A stretch of DNA of 64,000 nucleotides from Verrucomicrobiota bacterium (GCA_016871675.1 VHCN01000007.1:19126-83125); one strand, 5' to 3'; numbered from the stretch's first letter, positions 23,401 to 32,509 are shown. Notes: generated by a model not told the origin, from the letters alone. Numbers and translations are program-made.

Positions 23401-24855
23401 GCCGGCGTGTATCACGCCGCGCCCGAATGGAGCGAAGGCATTCCGCACCCGGTCGAAGGGTCGCGCGGCATGGCGGCGGGCGGCGATGCGTGGAGCCCGG
23501 GCTGGTTTGAACTGCCGCTGGCACCGGGGCGGCCCATCACAATCCTCGTCACCGCGGAGGCTGAGGAACAGGTGACCGATTCGCCTTTCGAACGGGCGTT
23601 GGGCACGGTGAGATCCGATCCGGGCGTATCAACCTTTGAGCGCACCCTCATCGACGCCGCGAGCGCGTTCGTGGTGCGGCGCGGTGACGGCAAGACGGTC
23701 ATTGCGGGCTATCCGTGGTTCCTCGACTGGGGACGCGACACGCTCATCGCCGCGCGCGGCCTGCTCGCGGGCAGATTCACCGGAGAGGTGCGGGACATCC
23801 TGCTCACGTTCGCGCGGTTCGAGGCGAACGGCACGCTGCCCAACGCCATCTATGGCGACAACGCCAGCAACCGCGACACCGTGGACGCGCCTCTGTGGTT
23901 CGCGCTCGCGTGCGAGGAATTCGCGGCGTCGGAACCGGCATTCCTCACAGCGGTGGTGGATTCGCGCGGGCGCGCCCTCGCGGACGTGCTTCGCAGCATC
24001 GCGGAGAATTACCTGCGCGGCACGCCGAACGGCATTCGCGTGGACGCGGAGTCCGCACTCGTGTGGAGCCCGGGCCACTTCACGTGGATGGACACAAACT
24101 TCCCCGCGGGCACGCCGCGCGAAGGCTACGCGGTGGAGATTCAGGCGCTGTGGATCCGGTTGCTCCGGTTGCTCGACCGGCTCGGATCGAAGCCCGCAGA
24201 GGAGCCGTGGACGGAACTTGCCGCGCGCGCGGAACGCTCGCTGACCGAACACTTCTGGCTCGATGAAGAGGGCTGGTTTGCGGACGTGCTCATCGGCAAG
24301 GCTGGCGTTCCTGCGAAGTCCGCCGTGCGCGACCCCGCGCTGCGAAGCAACATGCTCTTCACCGTCAGCCTCGGATTCGTCACGGGCGAACGCGCCCGGC
24401 GCTGTGTCGCGGCTGCGGCGCGCCACCTCATTGTGCCCGGCGCGCTGCGTTCGCTCGCGCCGCTGCCCGTGTCGCCACCGCTCGAGATCCGCGCGGGAGA
24501 CGGCCGCTTGCTCAACGACCCGGCCAATCCATATTGGGGCCGCTACGAGGGCGACGAGGACACGCGCCGCAAGCCCGCGTATCACAACGGGACGGCGTGG
24601 TGCTGGACGTTCCCCACGTTTTGCGAGGCACTCGCTTGCGCATACGATGGTTCGCCCGAGGCCGTTGCCGCCGCGCGGGCGTATCTCGGCAGCGTGGACC
24701 GCCTGCTCGCGGAAGGCTGCCTCGGTCACCTGCCCGAAATCTGCGACGGCGACGCGCCGCACGCCCAACGCGGCTGCGACGCGCAGGCGTGGAGCGTGAC
24801 GGAAGCGCTGAGGGTGTGGCGGATGTTGAACGCGGCTACTCCGCCCGCCCGTTGA
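20485..24855 (+). CDS. Fusion protein: GH13 (GlgE/alpha-amylase-like) catalytic module + amylo-alpha-1,6-glucosidase (GDE_C, GH133-like) module
   Basis: 1456 aa. GH13 regions: LFLDIVINHTG (I), GVDGFRCDAGYKV (II), FLLEGLGG (III), LVHYSETHDN (IV). The C-terminal module has GYPWFLDWGRDTLIA, YHNGTAWCWTFP and CDAQAWSVTEAL, typical of glycogen-debranching six-hairpin domains. Confidence 0.75.
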   Translation: MSPLSMTPPPGGRLLRFVGDTVRFALRPASSQQSPGRGWSARLRTDLGRADLVRREIVDANFKKIPLAGACWRDVPMRWADGAWSLELTLAEVGWFKAKAYALDPRGWQHWPDGPDAGVTVHPDWSRSANTIYCAFARMFGAGKTAATAWDDEREAEFKKLDAQGFTVIPPSGTLRDLARELPHIFGTLGCRILHLLPVNPTPTTMAKFGRFGSPYAALDLTGIDPALVEFDRRTTATGQFRELADGVHERGGRLFLDIVINHTGWGSRVQEAHPEWFLRDAKGSFVSPGAWGVTWEDLTELEHVHPGLWVELADVFLTWCRRGVDGFRCDAGYKVPMPAWQFITARVRQEFPDTVFLLEGLGGGWAETESLLTDGGMQWAYSELFQENTALQVQGYLDHALKQSSRVGVLVHYSETHDNARLAAKGRAWSLFRNRLSALTSVSGGYGFTCGVEWLATEKVRVHGSTGMNWGATDNITAELAALTALLAEHPCFLDGARLTRVSPAGSPVFGLVRQSADNKDVVLVLANTDADKPHPVTLDLRDAGFPGSAGLGARRLTDLLGQVAPRPQSTGDGHFTFTVAPLECHCLALDPMPLGLTGSAYRRARAQAAWGLAALARAMPAESIGTFDWRQVAAVVDRSAADWLASVSLGKPGASAAGYAPVVTWRASDRSRVLLVPPHHWLLVEATVSFRATLLRGDKPEHAASIATAAGHVASFGPSDFAGDAELRVQPFGGTSQATGGAIRYLASAPAIPQSAIRNPQSSLVLLTNGRGGMARLCVDPGNIHSKYDCVLGANLNASVPVDRHVFVKRLRLWCNADGFITPLNGGNLVAFEAGPRSRWQFVANAGDGRAAGIELSVEMLNQRNTVVVRLARTGVPGGLGRELPASADVRLTARFDIEDRNFHWETKRNSAAEHHFSSRCQVEHRTGAHEHTRVLLAGEVPSASAADAPIASGFSFTPARDRQLRITANAGVYHAAPEWSEGIPHPVEGSRGMAAGGDAWSPGWFELPLAPGRPITILVTAEAEEQVTDSPFERALGTVRSDPGVSTFERTLIDAASAFVVRRGDGKTVIAGYPWFLDWGRDTLIAARGLLAGRFTGEVRDILLTFARFEANGTLPNAIYGDNASNRDTVDAPLWFALACEEFAASEPAFLTAVVDSRGRALADVLRSIAENYLRGTPNGIRVDAESALVWSPGHFTWMDTNFPAGTPREGYAVEIQALWIRLLRLLDRLGSKPAEEPWTELAARAERSLTEHFWLDEEGWFADVLIGKAGVPAKSAVRDPALRSNMLFTVSLGFVTGERARRCVAAAARHLIVPGALRSLAPLPVSPPLEIRAGDGRLLNDPANPYWGRYEGDEDTRRKPAYHNGTAWCWTFPTFCEALACAYDGSPEAVAAARAYLGSVDRLLAEGCLGHLPEICDGDAPHAQRGCDAQAWSVTEALRVWRMLNAATPPAR
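22744..22778 (+). repeat. Five-unit heptanucleotide tandem repeat inside the GH13-GDE gene
   Basis: ATTCCGC AATCCGC GATCCGC AATCCGC AATCGTC, with unit boundaries at 22744, 22751, 22758, 22765 and 22772. It encodes IPQSAIRNPQSS. The unit length is not a multiple of 3. Confidence 0.8.
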
Positions 24856-26368
24856 ATCCTGCGAGCATCGCCACGATCGCGTCCACTTCGTTGCGGCCGG
24901 AGGACTTCGGATCGGGATTCGAGTAGGCGTTGAGCATGATGCTGAAGACGAGTCGCTCGCGCGCGGCGCTGGTCACGTAGCCGGAGATCGTGTTCACGAA
25001 GGCGAGCGTGCCGGTCTTGGCGAGCGCGTTCTTCTCGGCGGGCGTGCCCTTCAATCGCGAGCGAAGCGTGCCGTCCACTCCGGCAATGGGCAGCGAGTCG
25101 CGGAAGACTTGCGCGTGCCGGTGCCGGGCCATGTGCTGAAGCAGCTGCACGGTGGCGTTCGGTGTCACGAGCGCCGTGCGCGACAGACCCGAGCCTTCCT
25201 GCAAGTGAACGTCGTCGGGCCGGATGCCGGCCTCGGTGAGAAACTTCTGCAACTCGGCCAGTCCGAGGGAACCCGTGTTGCGAGCGGCTTGTGACGCCGT
25301 GCGCGACCTTTCGCCGACTTGCAGGAGCAACAGGTGCGCGTAGAGGTTTTGCGAGGGCTTCATCATCTTCGGCAGCATCTCGGACAACGGCCGCGAGTCG
25401 ACGGCCGCAACCTCGACGAGCTTTGCCGTGTCGGGCGGCGAGGCGGGTCGGTCGAGCCAGTTCACGGAACGCACCTTGCCGTGGACCGGGATGCCGCGCT
25501 TCGCCAGCGCGTCGCGCAGTTGGGTGACGAACCAGAGCGCGGGATTGTGGACGGCCACGGCATCGGTGACACCGGCGTCTTTCAGCGGCACCGAGCCGGT
25601 GATGTGGACGCGGTTCTCGCCGACGGGCCGGTAGATGTCCACGCGGCGCGCGCCGTTGGTTGCGACGGTCGCGACGTGGCTGATGAAATTGAGGAAGGCG
25701 GTCGCGGGCTTCACGACGAGCTGCGCCGGGTCGCCGATGGTCGCGCCGGGCTTGAAGAGGAGGTCCACGACGTTGTCCTCGTGCGTGAGCGCGGAGACCT
25801 CGGCGCCGTAGTAGTATTGGAGGTCGTCCCACGTCCAGCCGTCGCCGAGGGGCGGACCGCGGAAGTAACTCTCGTCACCCACGAGGTCGCCGGCGAGGCG
25901 CTTGATCCCCGCGGCGGCGAGGGCGTTGATGAGTGGTTCGAGCGACTTCGAGTCATCGCCGCCGTTGAAGCGCGACGCCATCGAGGGGTCGCCGCGTCCG
26001 AAGATGACGAGGTCACCCGCGATCGTGCCGTTCGCATCCGGGCGCGACGCGGCGAAGCACGAGGTGCGGATGCGGCAGTCCGGGCCGAGCCGGTCAAGCG
26101 CGAGCGCGCCGGAGTAGAGCTTGGCGTTGCTGGCGGGCTTGAGCAGCTTGTGGGCGTCGCGCTCGAACAGGACTTTGCCGGAGTCGAGCGAGACGACCTT
26201 GATGCCGAGCGAGGCGGCGGCGAAGCGCGGTTCGGTCACGTGGGCGGCGAGTCGCCGCTGGAGCACCTCAAGCGAGTCGGGCGCGCGGAGGGCCGGGGCT
26301 TGCGGCTGCTGCGCGGCGCCGGCGAACACGGTGAGGCTCAAGAAGAGCAGGGCGGGTGAGGCGTTCAT
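24836..26368 (-). CDS. dacB: D-alanyl-D-alanine carboxypeptidase/endopeptidase, PBP4 (peptidase S13) family
   Basis: Signal peptide MNASPALLFLSLTVFAGAAQ. The SxxK motif is in LKPASNAKLYSGALAL, followed by the long inserted domain and EGSGLSR region typical of PBP4. Start chosen at the ATG at 26368; the ORF extends to 26500. The 3' end overlaps the convergent GH13-GDE gene by 20 nt. Confidence 0.8.
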   Translation of the reverse strand: MNASPALLFLSLTVFAGAAQQPQAPALRAPDSLEVLQRRLAAHVTEPRFAAASLGIKVVSLDSGKVLFERDAHKLLKPASNAKLYSGALALDRLGPDCRIRTSCFAASRPDANGTIAGDLVIFGRGDPSMASRFNGGDDSKSLEPLINALAAAGIKRLAGDLVGDESYFRGPPLGDGWTWDDLQYYYGAEVSALTHEDNVVDLLFKPGATIGDPAQLVVKPATAFLNFISHVATVATNGARRVDIYRPVGENRVHITGSVPLKDAGVTDAVAVHNPALWFVTQLRDALAKRGIPVHGKVRSVNWLDRPASPPDTAKLVEVAAVDSRPLSEMLPKMMKPSQNLYAHLLLLQVGERSRTASQAARNTGSLGLAELQKFLTEAGIRPDDVHLQEGSGLSRTALVTPNATVQLLQHMARHRHAQVFRDSLPIAGVDGTLRSRLKGTPAEKNALAKTGTLAFVNTISGYVTSAARERLVFSIMLNAYSNPDPKSSGRNEVDAIVAMLAGFNGRAE

Positions 26369-26423
26369 GCAGCGTGGCGATTTAGCCACGGCAGGCAGCG
26401 GCGTGTCGAGGCTGTGAGGGCTC

Positions 26424-26972
26424 GTGCGTAAGAATCTTTTTGCCAAGGGAGCACTGCGACTTGAGGATTGCGGTGTGGAAGTCATCGGCCCTCCGGACAT
26501 TCATCATCTGAACGCTGCGGCTGGCTGGCTCGGCCTGGGCGCGCCCGCGGATGCCGCGGAGGAACTCGACCGCATCCACCCGGGGTTGCAGGGTCATCCC
26601 GACGTGCTGGCGGTGCGCTGGCAGTTGTTCGCCACGCAGAAGCGGTGGGAGGAGGCGTTGCAGGTCGCGCGCAATCTCGTGGACGCAAGCCCGATGTCCT
26701 CGTGCGGCTGGGTGGACCAGAGTTTTGCCCTGCACGAGTTGCGGCGCACGGCGGAGGCGCGGGAGAAGCTGATGCTCGTCTCGGAGCGTTTTCACGATGT
26801 GCTCGTGATTCCTTACAACCTCGCGTGTTATTGCTGCCAGCTGGGAGATGAGTCGGAGGCGCGCGCGTGGTTGCACCGGGCGGTGCAGGTCGGCGGCCGC
26901 GACGAAGTGCGGACGATGGCGCTCGCGGACCCGGACCTGGAGCCACTATGGGGCTGGATCCGGAAGTGGTGA
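26424..26972 (+). CDS. TPR-like repeat protein (hypothetical)
   Basis: 182 aa with a GTG start. It contains helical A/L/W-rich pairs (AAEELDRIHPGLQGHPDVLAVRWQLFATQKRWEEALQVARNLV; YNLACYCCQLGDESEARAWLHRAV) typical of tetratricopeptide repeats. No catalytic motif is recognised. Confidence 0.5.
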   Translation: MRKNLFAKGALRLEDCGVEVIGPPDIHHLNAAAGWLGLGAPADAAEELDRIHPGLQGHPDVLAVRWQLFATQKRWEEALQVARNLVDASPMSSCGWVDQSFALHELRRTAEAREKLMLVSERFHDVLVIPYNLACYCCQLGDESEARAWLHRAVQVGGRDEVRTMALADPDLEPLWGWIRKW

Positions 26973-28178
26973 CGGCGGCGGTTCGTCCTGCGTCGGGGCA
27001 ACAGGTTCCGCAGCTTTTGGCTCTGCGTCCGCCGCCGGATCATCATGGGACTTTCGGCGCCATGCGGTGACGAACATGGCGTTGCCGCCGGTGTCCTTCG
27101 GCCAAAGCGTCCATCGCGGGGAGGGCGGGGCGATCTCGATGAAAGGGTTGGGCAACGGCAGCGGCTCGAACTCCGGGTGTGCCTGCTCGAACGCGTCGCA
27201 TATGGCCTTGGTTTCGTCGCGCGTGATGGTGCACACCGCGTAGATGAGTTTGCCCCCGGGCTTCACCGTAGGGGCGGCGTGCCGGAGAAGCTTCGATTGC
27301 ACGGCCGCCAGTTCGGCGACGTCGCCCGGTTTGCATGTCCAGCGCGCATGCGGATTCCGATGCCATGTGCCGAGGCCCGTGCAGGGCGCGTCGAGGAGCA
27401 CGCCGTCGAATTGGGCCTTGGTAGGAAGCCTGGCGGAGCCGTCCCAAACTTCGGCGCGATAATTAAACGCCTGCGCGCGAGCGGCGCGCGTTTTCAGCGA
27501 GTCGAGACGCCAAGGCGCGCGATCGGAAGCCCAGATGAGCCCCTGATTCTGCATCAGGCTGGCGAGATGGAGGGTCTTCCCGCCTTCACCGGCGCAGGCG
27601 TCCCACCACGTCTCGCCGGGTTTGGGTTCACACATCACGCTCACGGCTTGGGAGGCGATGTCCTGGATTTCGAACTCCCCCGCCTCAAATTCCGGGCGGG
27701 CGTAGAGATCTTTGTTGCCGAAGTATTCCACCGCGTCCGGCAACGCCCGGATGCGCGCGGACTTGGCGTCGATGAGTGTCTTGATGAGCCGGCGAGCCGT
27801 GCCCGCGCGCGCGCGGAGCCACAGGCGCGGTTCCCTCTGGATGGCGCGCAGCCAGTCCGGCCTGAATTCAACGTGAGCCGCGACCCACTTGGGCATCGCC
27901 TTCTTCGCGAGGACCTCGGCCGAAAAGAGGAACTGGTTGCGGGAAAACTTCTCTGCAAACTCAAGGGCAACCTCCACCCGCGCCTCGATGGGAGCCTCGC
28001 GAGGCAGGAATCCCTTCCAGCGATAATAGGCGAAGACGGCACGGCTGATGACGCGGCGGTCGCCCTTGGTGATGACCTTGTCGGCCTTCAAGGCCTCGCG
28101 CAGGACGCCGTCGGTGGGCCGATCCTGGGATGAGCCGCGGATGACGTCGGCCGCGAAGTTGACGAGAAAGGGTTCCAT
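26946..28178 (-). CDS. RsmB/RsmF-family rRNA cytosine-C5 methyltransferase (NOL1/NOP2/Sun)
   Basis: 410 aa. Contains FDGVLLDAPCTGLGTWHRNPHARW (motif IV PC) and GGKLIYAVCTITRDE (motif VI TC), plus a SAM-binding DACAGEGGKT. It has a Pro/Ala-rich C-terminal tail. Confidence 0.8.
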   Translation of the reverse strand: MEPFLVNFAADVIRGSSQDRPTDGVLREALKADKVITKGDRRVISRAVFAYYRWKGFLPREAPIEARVEVALEFAEKFSRNQFLFSAEVLAKKAMPKWVAAHVEFRPDWLRAIQREPRLWLRARAGTARRLIKTLIDAKSARIRALPDAVEYFGNKDLYARPEFEAGEFEIQDIASQAVSVMCEPKPGETWWDACAGEGGKTLHLASLMQNQGLIWASDRAPWRLDSLKTRAARAQAFNYRAEVWDGSARLPTKAQFDGVLLDAPCTGLGTWHRNPHARWTCKPGDVAELAAVQSKLLRHAAPTVKPGGKLIYAVCTITRDETKAICDAFEQAHPEFEPLPLPNPFIEIAPPSPRWTLWPKDTGGNAMFVTAWRRKSHDDPAADAEPKAAEPVAPTQDEPPPSPLPDPAP

Positions 28179-28214
28179 GACCGTGGGTCGCGTCGAATTG
28201 CAAACTCGCGCGAA

Positions 28215-29636
28215 TCAACCCGCGCGCTTCCTGGCGATGGTGTGAGTCGAGTGGCCCCAAAACGCCTCGGCGGATTCCATCAGCGTCTCCGACAGCGTCG
28301 GGTGCGGATGCACGCAGCGGCCGAGGTCGCGAGCCGTGGCACCCATCTCAACGGCGAGGACGCCCTCGGCGATCAGTTCGCCCGCGCCGTGCCCGGCAAT
28401 GCCGACGCCGAGCACCCGCTGGGTCTTCGGTTCGAGAATCAGTTTGGTCAAGCCATCGGGGCGATCCATCGCCTGCGCGCGACCGCTGGCACCCCACTGG
28501 AATCGGGTCACTTCGACCGCGATGCCGCGCTGCGCGGCCTCGGCTTCGGTCAGGCCGCACCACGCAACTTCCGGGTCCGTGAACACGACCGCCGGGATCA
28601 CGGGTGCGCGAGTCGGAGCCGGGGGAGGACCGGTGAGGCATTCGACTGCGACTCGCGCTTCATGCGCGGCCTTGTGCGCGAGGAGGACGCCGCCCGCGGC
28701 GTCGCCGATGGCGAAGATGTTTGGGCTGGAAGTCCGCTGGCTGGCATCGACTGAGATGAACCGATTGGCGTCGGTCGTGACGCCCGCGGCTTCGAGTCCG
28801 ATGTCATTCGTGTTTGGCGCCCGGCCGACCGCCACAAGCACGCGTTCGTAGCGTTCCTCGGTTGGCTTGCCGTCAAACTCCATTGCCACACGGATTGTGT
28901 CAGACTCCACCGTGAGTGATGTGACGCGCGCCTTGAGGCGCACTTCCTGGAGGTGCTTCCGTGCCCACGAGAGGACCAGCCGCGAGAGGTCGGCGTCCGC
29001 CCCGCCGAGAATGGAGCCGAGCGCCTCGGCGACCACGATGCGCGAGCCGAGCAGGGCGAACACGGTGGCCAGTTCCATGCCAATGTAACCGCCGCCGATC
29101 ACCAGCAACCGCGCTGGAATGTCAGGGACTTCCAGGGCTTCAGTCGAAGTCATCACGCGCGGACTCCCAATGTCGAAAAGGGCGGGCAGCGCGGGCCGGG
29201 AACCGGTCGCGATGATCGCGTGTTGAAAGCGGACGGTCTGCTCGCCCGATGCCGTCTGGACGACGATTGTCTGCGAACCGGTGAATCGTCCCGTGCCGGT
29301 GACGACCTGCACGCCGCGAGCCTTCGCGAGTTGCGCAATGCCTGCGCCGAGCTTCGTCAGCACGGATTCCTTCCAGGCACGGAGCCGCACAAGGTCCACT
29401 TGCGGCGCGCCGAAATTGATCCCGCGATGAGCCGACTCGCGCGCCGTCGTGATGGCATGCGTGGCGTGGAGCAGCGCCTTGGACGGAATGCACCCGGCGT
29501 TGAGGCACACGCCGCCCAGGCGCGGCGAGGACTCCACGATCACGACGCGCCGTCCGAGGTCCGCCGCGTGGAATGCCGCGGCGTAACCTCCCGGCCCGGC
29601 GCCGAGCACTGCGATTTCCGTTTGGATGGGGTCCAT
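28215..29636 (-). CDS. lpdA: Dihydrolipoyl dehydrogenase (E3)
   Basis: VLGAGPGGYAAAFHAADLG (FAD-binding), GGVCLNAGCIPSKALLH (redox disulfide), and the C-terminal HPHPTLSE dimerisation/His-Glu motif. No E1/E2 genes are adjacent. Confidence 0.9.
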   Translation of the reverse strand: MDPIQTEIAVLGAGPGGYAAAFHAADLGRRVVIVESSPRLGGVCLNAGCIPSKALLHATHAITTARESAHRGINFGAPQVDLVRLRAWKESVLTKLGAGIAQLAKARGVQVVTGTGRFTGSQTIVVQTASGEQTVRFQHAIIATGSRPALPALFDIGSPRVMTSTEALEVPDIPARLLVIGGGYIGMELATVFALLGSRIVVAEALGSILGGADADLSRLVLSWARKHLQEVRLKARVTSLTVESDTIRVAMEFDGKPTEERYERVLVAVGRAPNTNDIGLEAAGVTTDANRFISVDASQRTSSPNIFAIGDAAGGVLLAHKAAHEARVAVECLTGPPPAPTRAPVIPAVVFTDPEVAWCGLTEAEAAQRGIAVEVTRFQWGASGRAQAMDRPDGLTKLILEPKTQRVLGVGIAGHGAGELIAEGVLAVEMGATARDLGRCVHPHPTLSETLMESAEAFWGHSTHTIARKRAG

Positions 29637-29689
29637 TGATGTTGCTCCCGACTGCGCGCGGCACTATACGGGGCGGGACTTGCGCCTCA

Positions 29690-30409
29690 ATGAAATACCT
29701 CGACCTCACGCTGCCAACACCGGCTGAGAACCTCGCGTGCGACGAAGTCCTGCTCGAACTCTGCGAGCAATCGCCCCGGCTCGAAGTGCTCCGCGTCTGG
29801 GAGCCGGCGCAGGTCTTCGTCGTCCTCGGATGCGGGAACAAGGCTGCCGCGGAGGCCGACCTCCCGGCGTGTGGGCGCCTCGACGTGCCCGTGCTGCGCC
29901 GCTCGAGCGGCGGCGGCGCTGTCGTCCTGGGGCCGGGTTGTCTGAGTTTCGCCCTCGTCCTCCAATCGGAAGGCCATCGCCCACTGTCGCGGGTGACAAC
30001 CACCGCTTCGTTCGTCCTCGACCGCACGCTCGCGGCGATCCGCCCGTTGCTCGCAGGCGCCGCTCATTGCCGGGGGACCGGCGATCTCGCAACGGGCGAG
30101 TTGAAATTCGCCGGCACGGCGCAGCGCCGGCTGCGACGGTGCGTGCTCGTTCACGGCGTGATGCTGCTGGGGTTCAAACTGCAACTGATGAATCAACTGC
30201 TGCGGCACCCATCGCGCGAGCCCGCATATCGGCGGGGCAGGGGACACCTGGATTTTGTCGCCAACGTCCCGATGGTGGCATCCGACGTGAAGCACGCGCT
30301 GCGGGCGGCTTGGGGCGCGGGCGGACAGTTCGGCGCGGTTCCCGGCGAGCGCATCCGCCAATCCGTCGCCGCGCGTTACGGGCGCGACGAGTGGAACTTC
30401 AGGCATTGA
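29690..30409 (+). CDS. Lipoate-protein ligase / octanoyltransferase family protein (BPL_LplA_LipB domain)
   Basis: 239 aa from the ATG at 29690. Contains VLRRSSGGGAVVLGPG and ELKFAGTAQRR (catalytic Lys context K-F/I-x-G-x-A). It is divergent from lpdA. Confidence 0.65.
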   Translation: MKYLDLTLPTPAENLACDEVLLELCEQSPRLEVLRVWEPAQVFVVLGCGNKAAAEADLPACGRLDVPVLRRSSGGGAVVLGPGCLSFALVLQSEGHRPLSRVTTTASFVLDRTLAAIRPLLAGAAHCRGTGDLATGELKFAGTAQRRLRRCVLVHGVMLLGFKLQLMNQLLRHPSREPAYRRGRGHLDFVANVPMVASDVKHALRAAWGAGGQFGAVPGERIRQSVAARYGRDEWNFRH

Positions 30410-30454
30410 CGGACTTTTCTTGGCGGCGCGGAGTGCCCGGGATACGCTGAGCCT

Positions 30455-30871
30455 GTGAGTCAACACGACGGATTCCACAAGCTCCCGGGCCTGCGCGTCA
30501 CGGTGGACCGCATCGCCTACTCACCGCACATCCCCGGGCGGCCCGAGCAGCCGCATTGCTTCGTCTATTACATCAGCATCCACAACGATGCGGACATCGC
30601 GGTGACCATCAAGGCCCGCAAGTGGGTCGTGAAAGATGACGAAGGCGGCGTGCTCGTGGTGGAGGGCGACGGTGTGGTGGGGCAGACGCCAACCATCGAG
30701 CCGGGCAGCAAGTTCAGCTACCAGAGCCGCCATCTGCTCAAAGCCCAGACGGGCGAAGCCGAGGGCAGCTACATCGGCTTGGATGCGCTTGGCCGGCGAG
30801 TGCTCGTGCGCATTCCGCGATTCCGGATGACCGTCCCGCACGAGGCGAAGGGCGGGGCGCAGTGGGCGTGA
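30455..30871 (+). CDS. apaG: ApaG (DUF525) domain protein
   Basis: 138 aa with a GTG start. YVYYISIHNDADIAVTIKARKWVVKDDEGGVLVVEGDGVVGQTPTIEPGSKFSYQS matches the ApaG beta-sandwich consensus (GVVGxxPxxxPGxxFxYxS). Confidence 0.85.
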   Translation: MSQHDGFHKLPGLRVTVDRIAYSPHIPGRPEQPHCFVYYISIHNDADIAVTIKARKWVVKDDEGGVLVVEGDGVVGQTPTIEPGSKFSYQSRHLLKAQTGEAEGSYIGLDALGRRVLVRIPRFRMTVPHEAKGGAQWA

Positions 30872-30922
30872 GCCGCCTGACACGGTGTCGCACTCCGTCT
30901 GGCCCAATCACATCGATGCATC

Positions 30923-31453
30923 ATGAAGACTGAGTCCCTCCACATCGGCATGAAAGTCCGGCACCCGGGTCACGGCGCGGGCACTGTCGTCGCCATCACA
31001 ACGCAAGCCGCGACGATCTGCTTTGACTCGGGCGAACACACCATTGCGCCGGAAGCGAGCGGACTCGAGCCTGCTGAAGCGCAGGCCGGCGTCACGGGGC
31101 TGACGGTTCCGCTTGCTCAAGTCATCCGCGAGACGGTTGAAGCGCTCGCCACGAAGCTCGCCATCGAACGCCCGGGGGTCGTCGTCGAGCAACTCGGCGC
31201 GCGCTGGCGCGACGGCAAGTTTGTGCTGCACCCTTCCGACCCTTCGTTGGCGACCAAGGAAGTGCCGCTGGAGGTTTTCTTCCACAAGGTCGTGATGATG
31301 CGCAACCAGCTCCGCGTGATGGAGCAGAAGATCAACGCGCACCCCGGGTTGAGCGACGCCGACAAGGTGGACCTCCAGCAGCACCTGACCAAATGCTACG
31401 GCTCAATGACGACGTTCAACTTGCTGTTCAAGGAAAAGACGGATCAGTTTTGA
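30923..31453 (+). CDS. Hypothetical protein
   Basis: 176-aa ORF with GC3-rich codon usage. The N-terminal GMKVRHPGHGAGTVVAI resembles a small Tudor/SH3-like barrel motif. The C-terminal part is helical (VFFHKVVMMRNQLRVMEQKINAHPGLSDADKVDLQQHLTKCYG). No family is confidently recognised. Confidence 0.5.
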   Translation: MKTESLHIGMKVRHPGHGAGTVVAITTQAATICFDSGEHTIAPEASGLEPAEAQAGVTGLTVPLAQVIRETVEALATKLAIERPGVVVEQLGARWRDGKFVLHPSDPSLATKEVPLEVFFHKVVMMRNQLRVMEQKINAHPGLSDADKVDLQQHLTKCYGSMTTFNLLFKEKTDQF

Positions 31454-31477
31454 ACCGGGCGCAGTTCGTAGCCCGCG

Positions 31478-32509
31478 TCAGGCTTTTCTTCCCAGCATCC
31501 GATCGAGCGAATCACTCGTCTGCCAGATGAGCGCCTCCGGGTAGTGGATGTAGGGGTGGAAATACTCAAAGGTCACGAACCCGCGGTAGTTGAGCCGGTC
31601 GAGTTCGTCGATGACCGCGGGCCAGTTGGTCGTGCCGTCGAGCAAGGGGCGAAACGTCTCCAGCGAGTAGTCGGTGCCCTTCTTCGTGAATTCCTTGAAG
31701 TGGATGTTTTTCGTCCGCTTGCCGAGCACGGGGACCCAATGCTCCGCGTTTTGAAACATCGAGATGTTGCCGGTGTCGAAGTGCACGCGCACGCGTTCGT
31801 TGCCAAAGTGGTCCACGAACGCGTTCATCTCCATCGGCGTCATGAGGTAGCCGTTGAAGAAAATGTTCTCAATGTTCAGGAAGACCTTCTGGCGCGCGGC
31901 GGTCCGGGCGAGCTGGGCGATGGCTTCCTTTGCGCGCTGGTCGCAAATGTCGTTGCGCACAGGCTCGTGGTCGTTGCGCCACGGGATGTGCACGGCGCCG
32001 GGCACGACGAGGACGTTCTCGACTTCCATGTCGCTTGCGCACTGCGCGATCCTGCCGGCGAGTTCAAGGCCGCGCGCGCGTTTCGCCGGCTCGTTGCTCG
32101 TGAGCGGATACGGCCAAAAGAGAAACGAGCACAACCCGCTGATCTGGATGCCGATCTTGTCGGCGAGCTTCCGGATGGCGACGAACTCTTTCGTGCCGCC
32201 CTTCGGCGAGAGGTCGTTGTCGAGGTCGTAGTTTAGTTCGATGCCGTCGAAGCCCGCGTCCTTCGCGAGTTGCAGGCACTCCTGCAAGTTCATCCGCTCG
32301 GGGTAGGGAAAGGCCCAGAGGTTGATGGATTTCTTGATGTCGTAACGCTTGAGGGCGCCCCGGCGGATGTCGGGTTTCGCCGGAGCCGCGGCCTCGACAG
32401 GCGACATCCCGCAGGCGAGCGCCGACGCTCCCGCGGTGACGACCGCCGCCCGCATCGCGTCGCGTCGCGTGATGCAGGTTCGCGCCGTCGGCTCGAATGC
32501 GTTTGGCAT
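31478..32509 (-). CDS. Tat-exported sugar phosphate isomerase/epimerase (xylose isomerase-like TIM barrel)
   Basis: Twin-arginine signal ITRRDAMRAAVVTAGASALA. The sequence then follows the AP_endonuc_2-type TIM-barrel pattern (GFDGIELNY..., VHFDTGN..., HFKEF...). The start could be the ATG at 32509 or 32530; the ORF extends to 32737. Confidence 0.75.
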   Translation of the reverse strand: MPNAFEPTARTCITRRDAMRAAVVTAGASALACGMSPVEAAAPAKPDIRRGALKRYDIKKSINLWAFPYPERMNLQECLQLAKDAGFDGIELNYDLDNDLSPKGGTKEFVAIRKLADKIGIQISGLCSFLFWPYPLTSNEPAKRARGLELAGRIAQCASDMEVENVLVVPGAVHIPWRNDHEPVRNDICDQRAKEAIAQLARTAARQKVFLNIENIFFNGYLMTPMEMNAFVDHFGNERVRVHFDTGNISMFQNAEHWVPVLGKRTKNIHFKEFTKKGTDYSLETFRPLLDGTTNWPAVIDELDRLNYRGFVTFEYFHPYIHYPEALIWQTSDSLDRMLGRKA

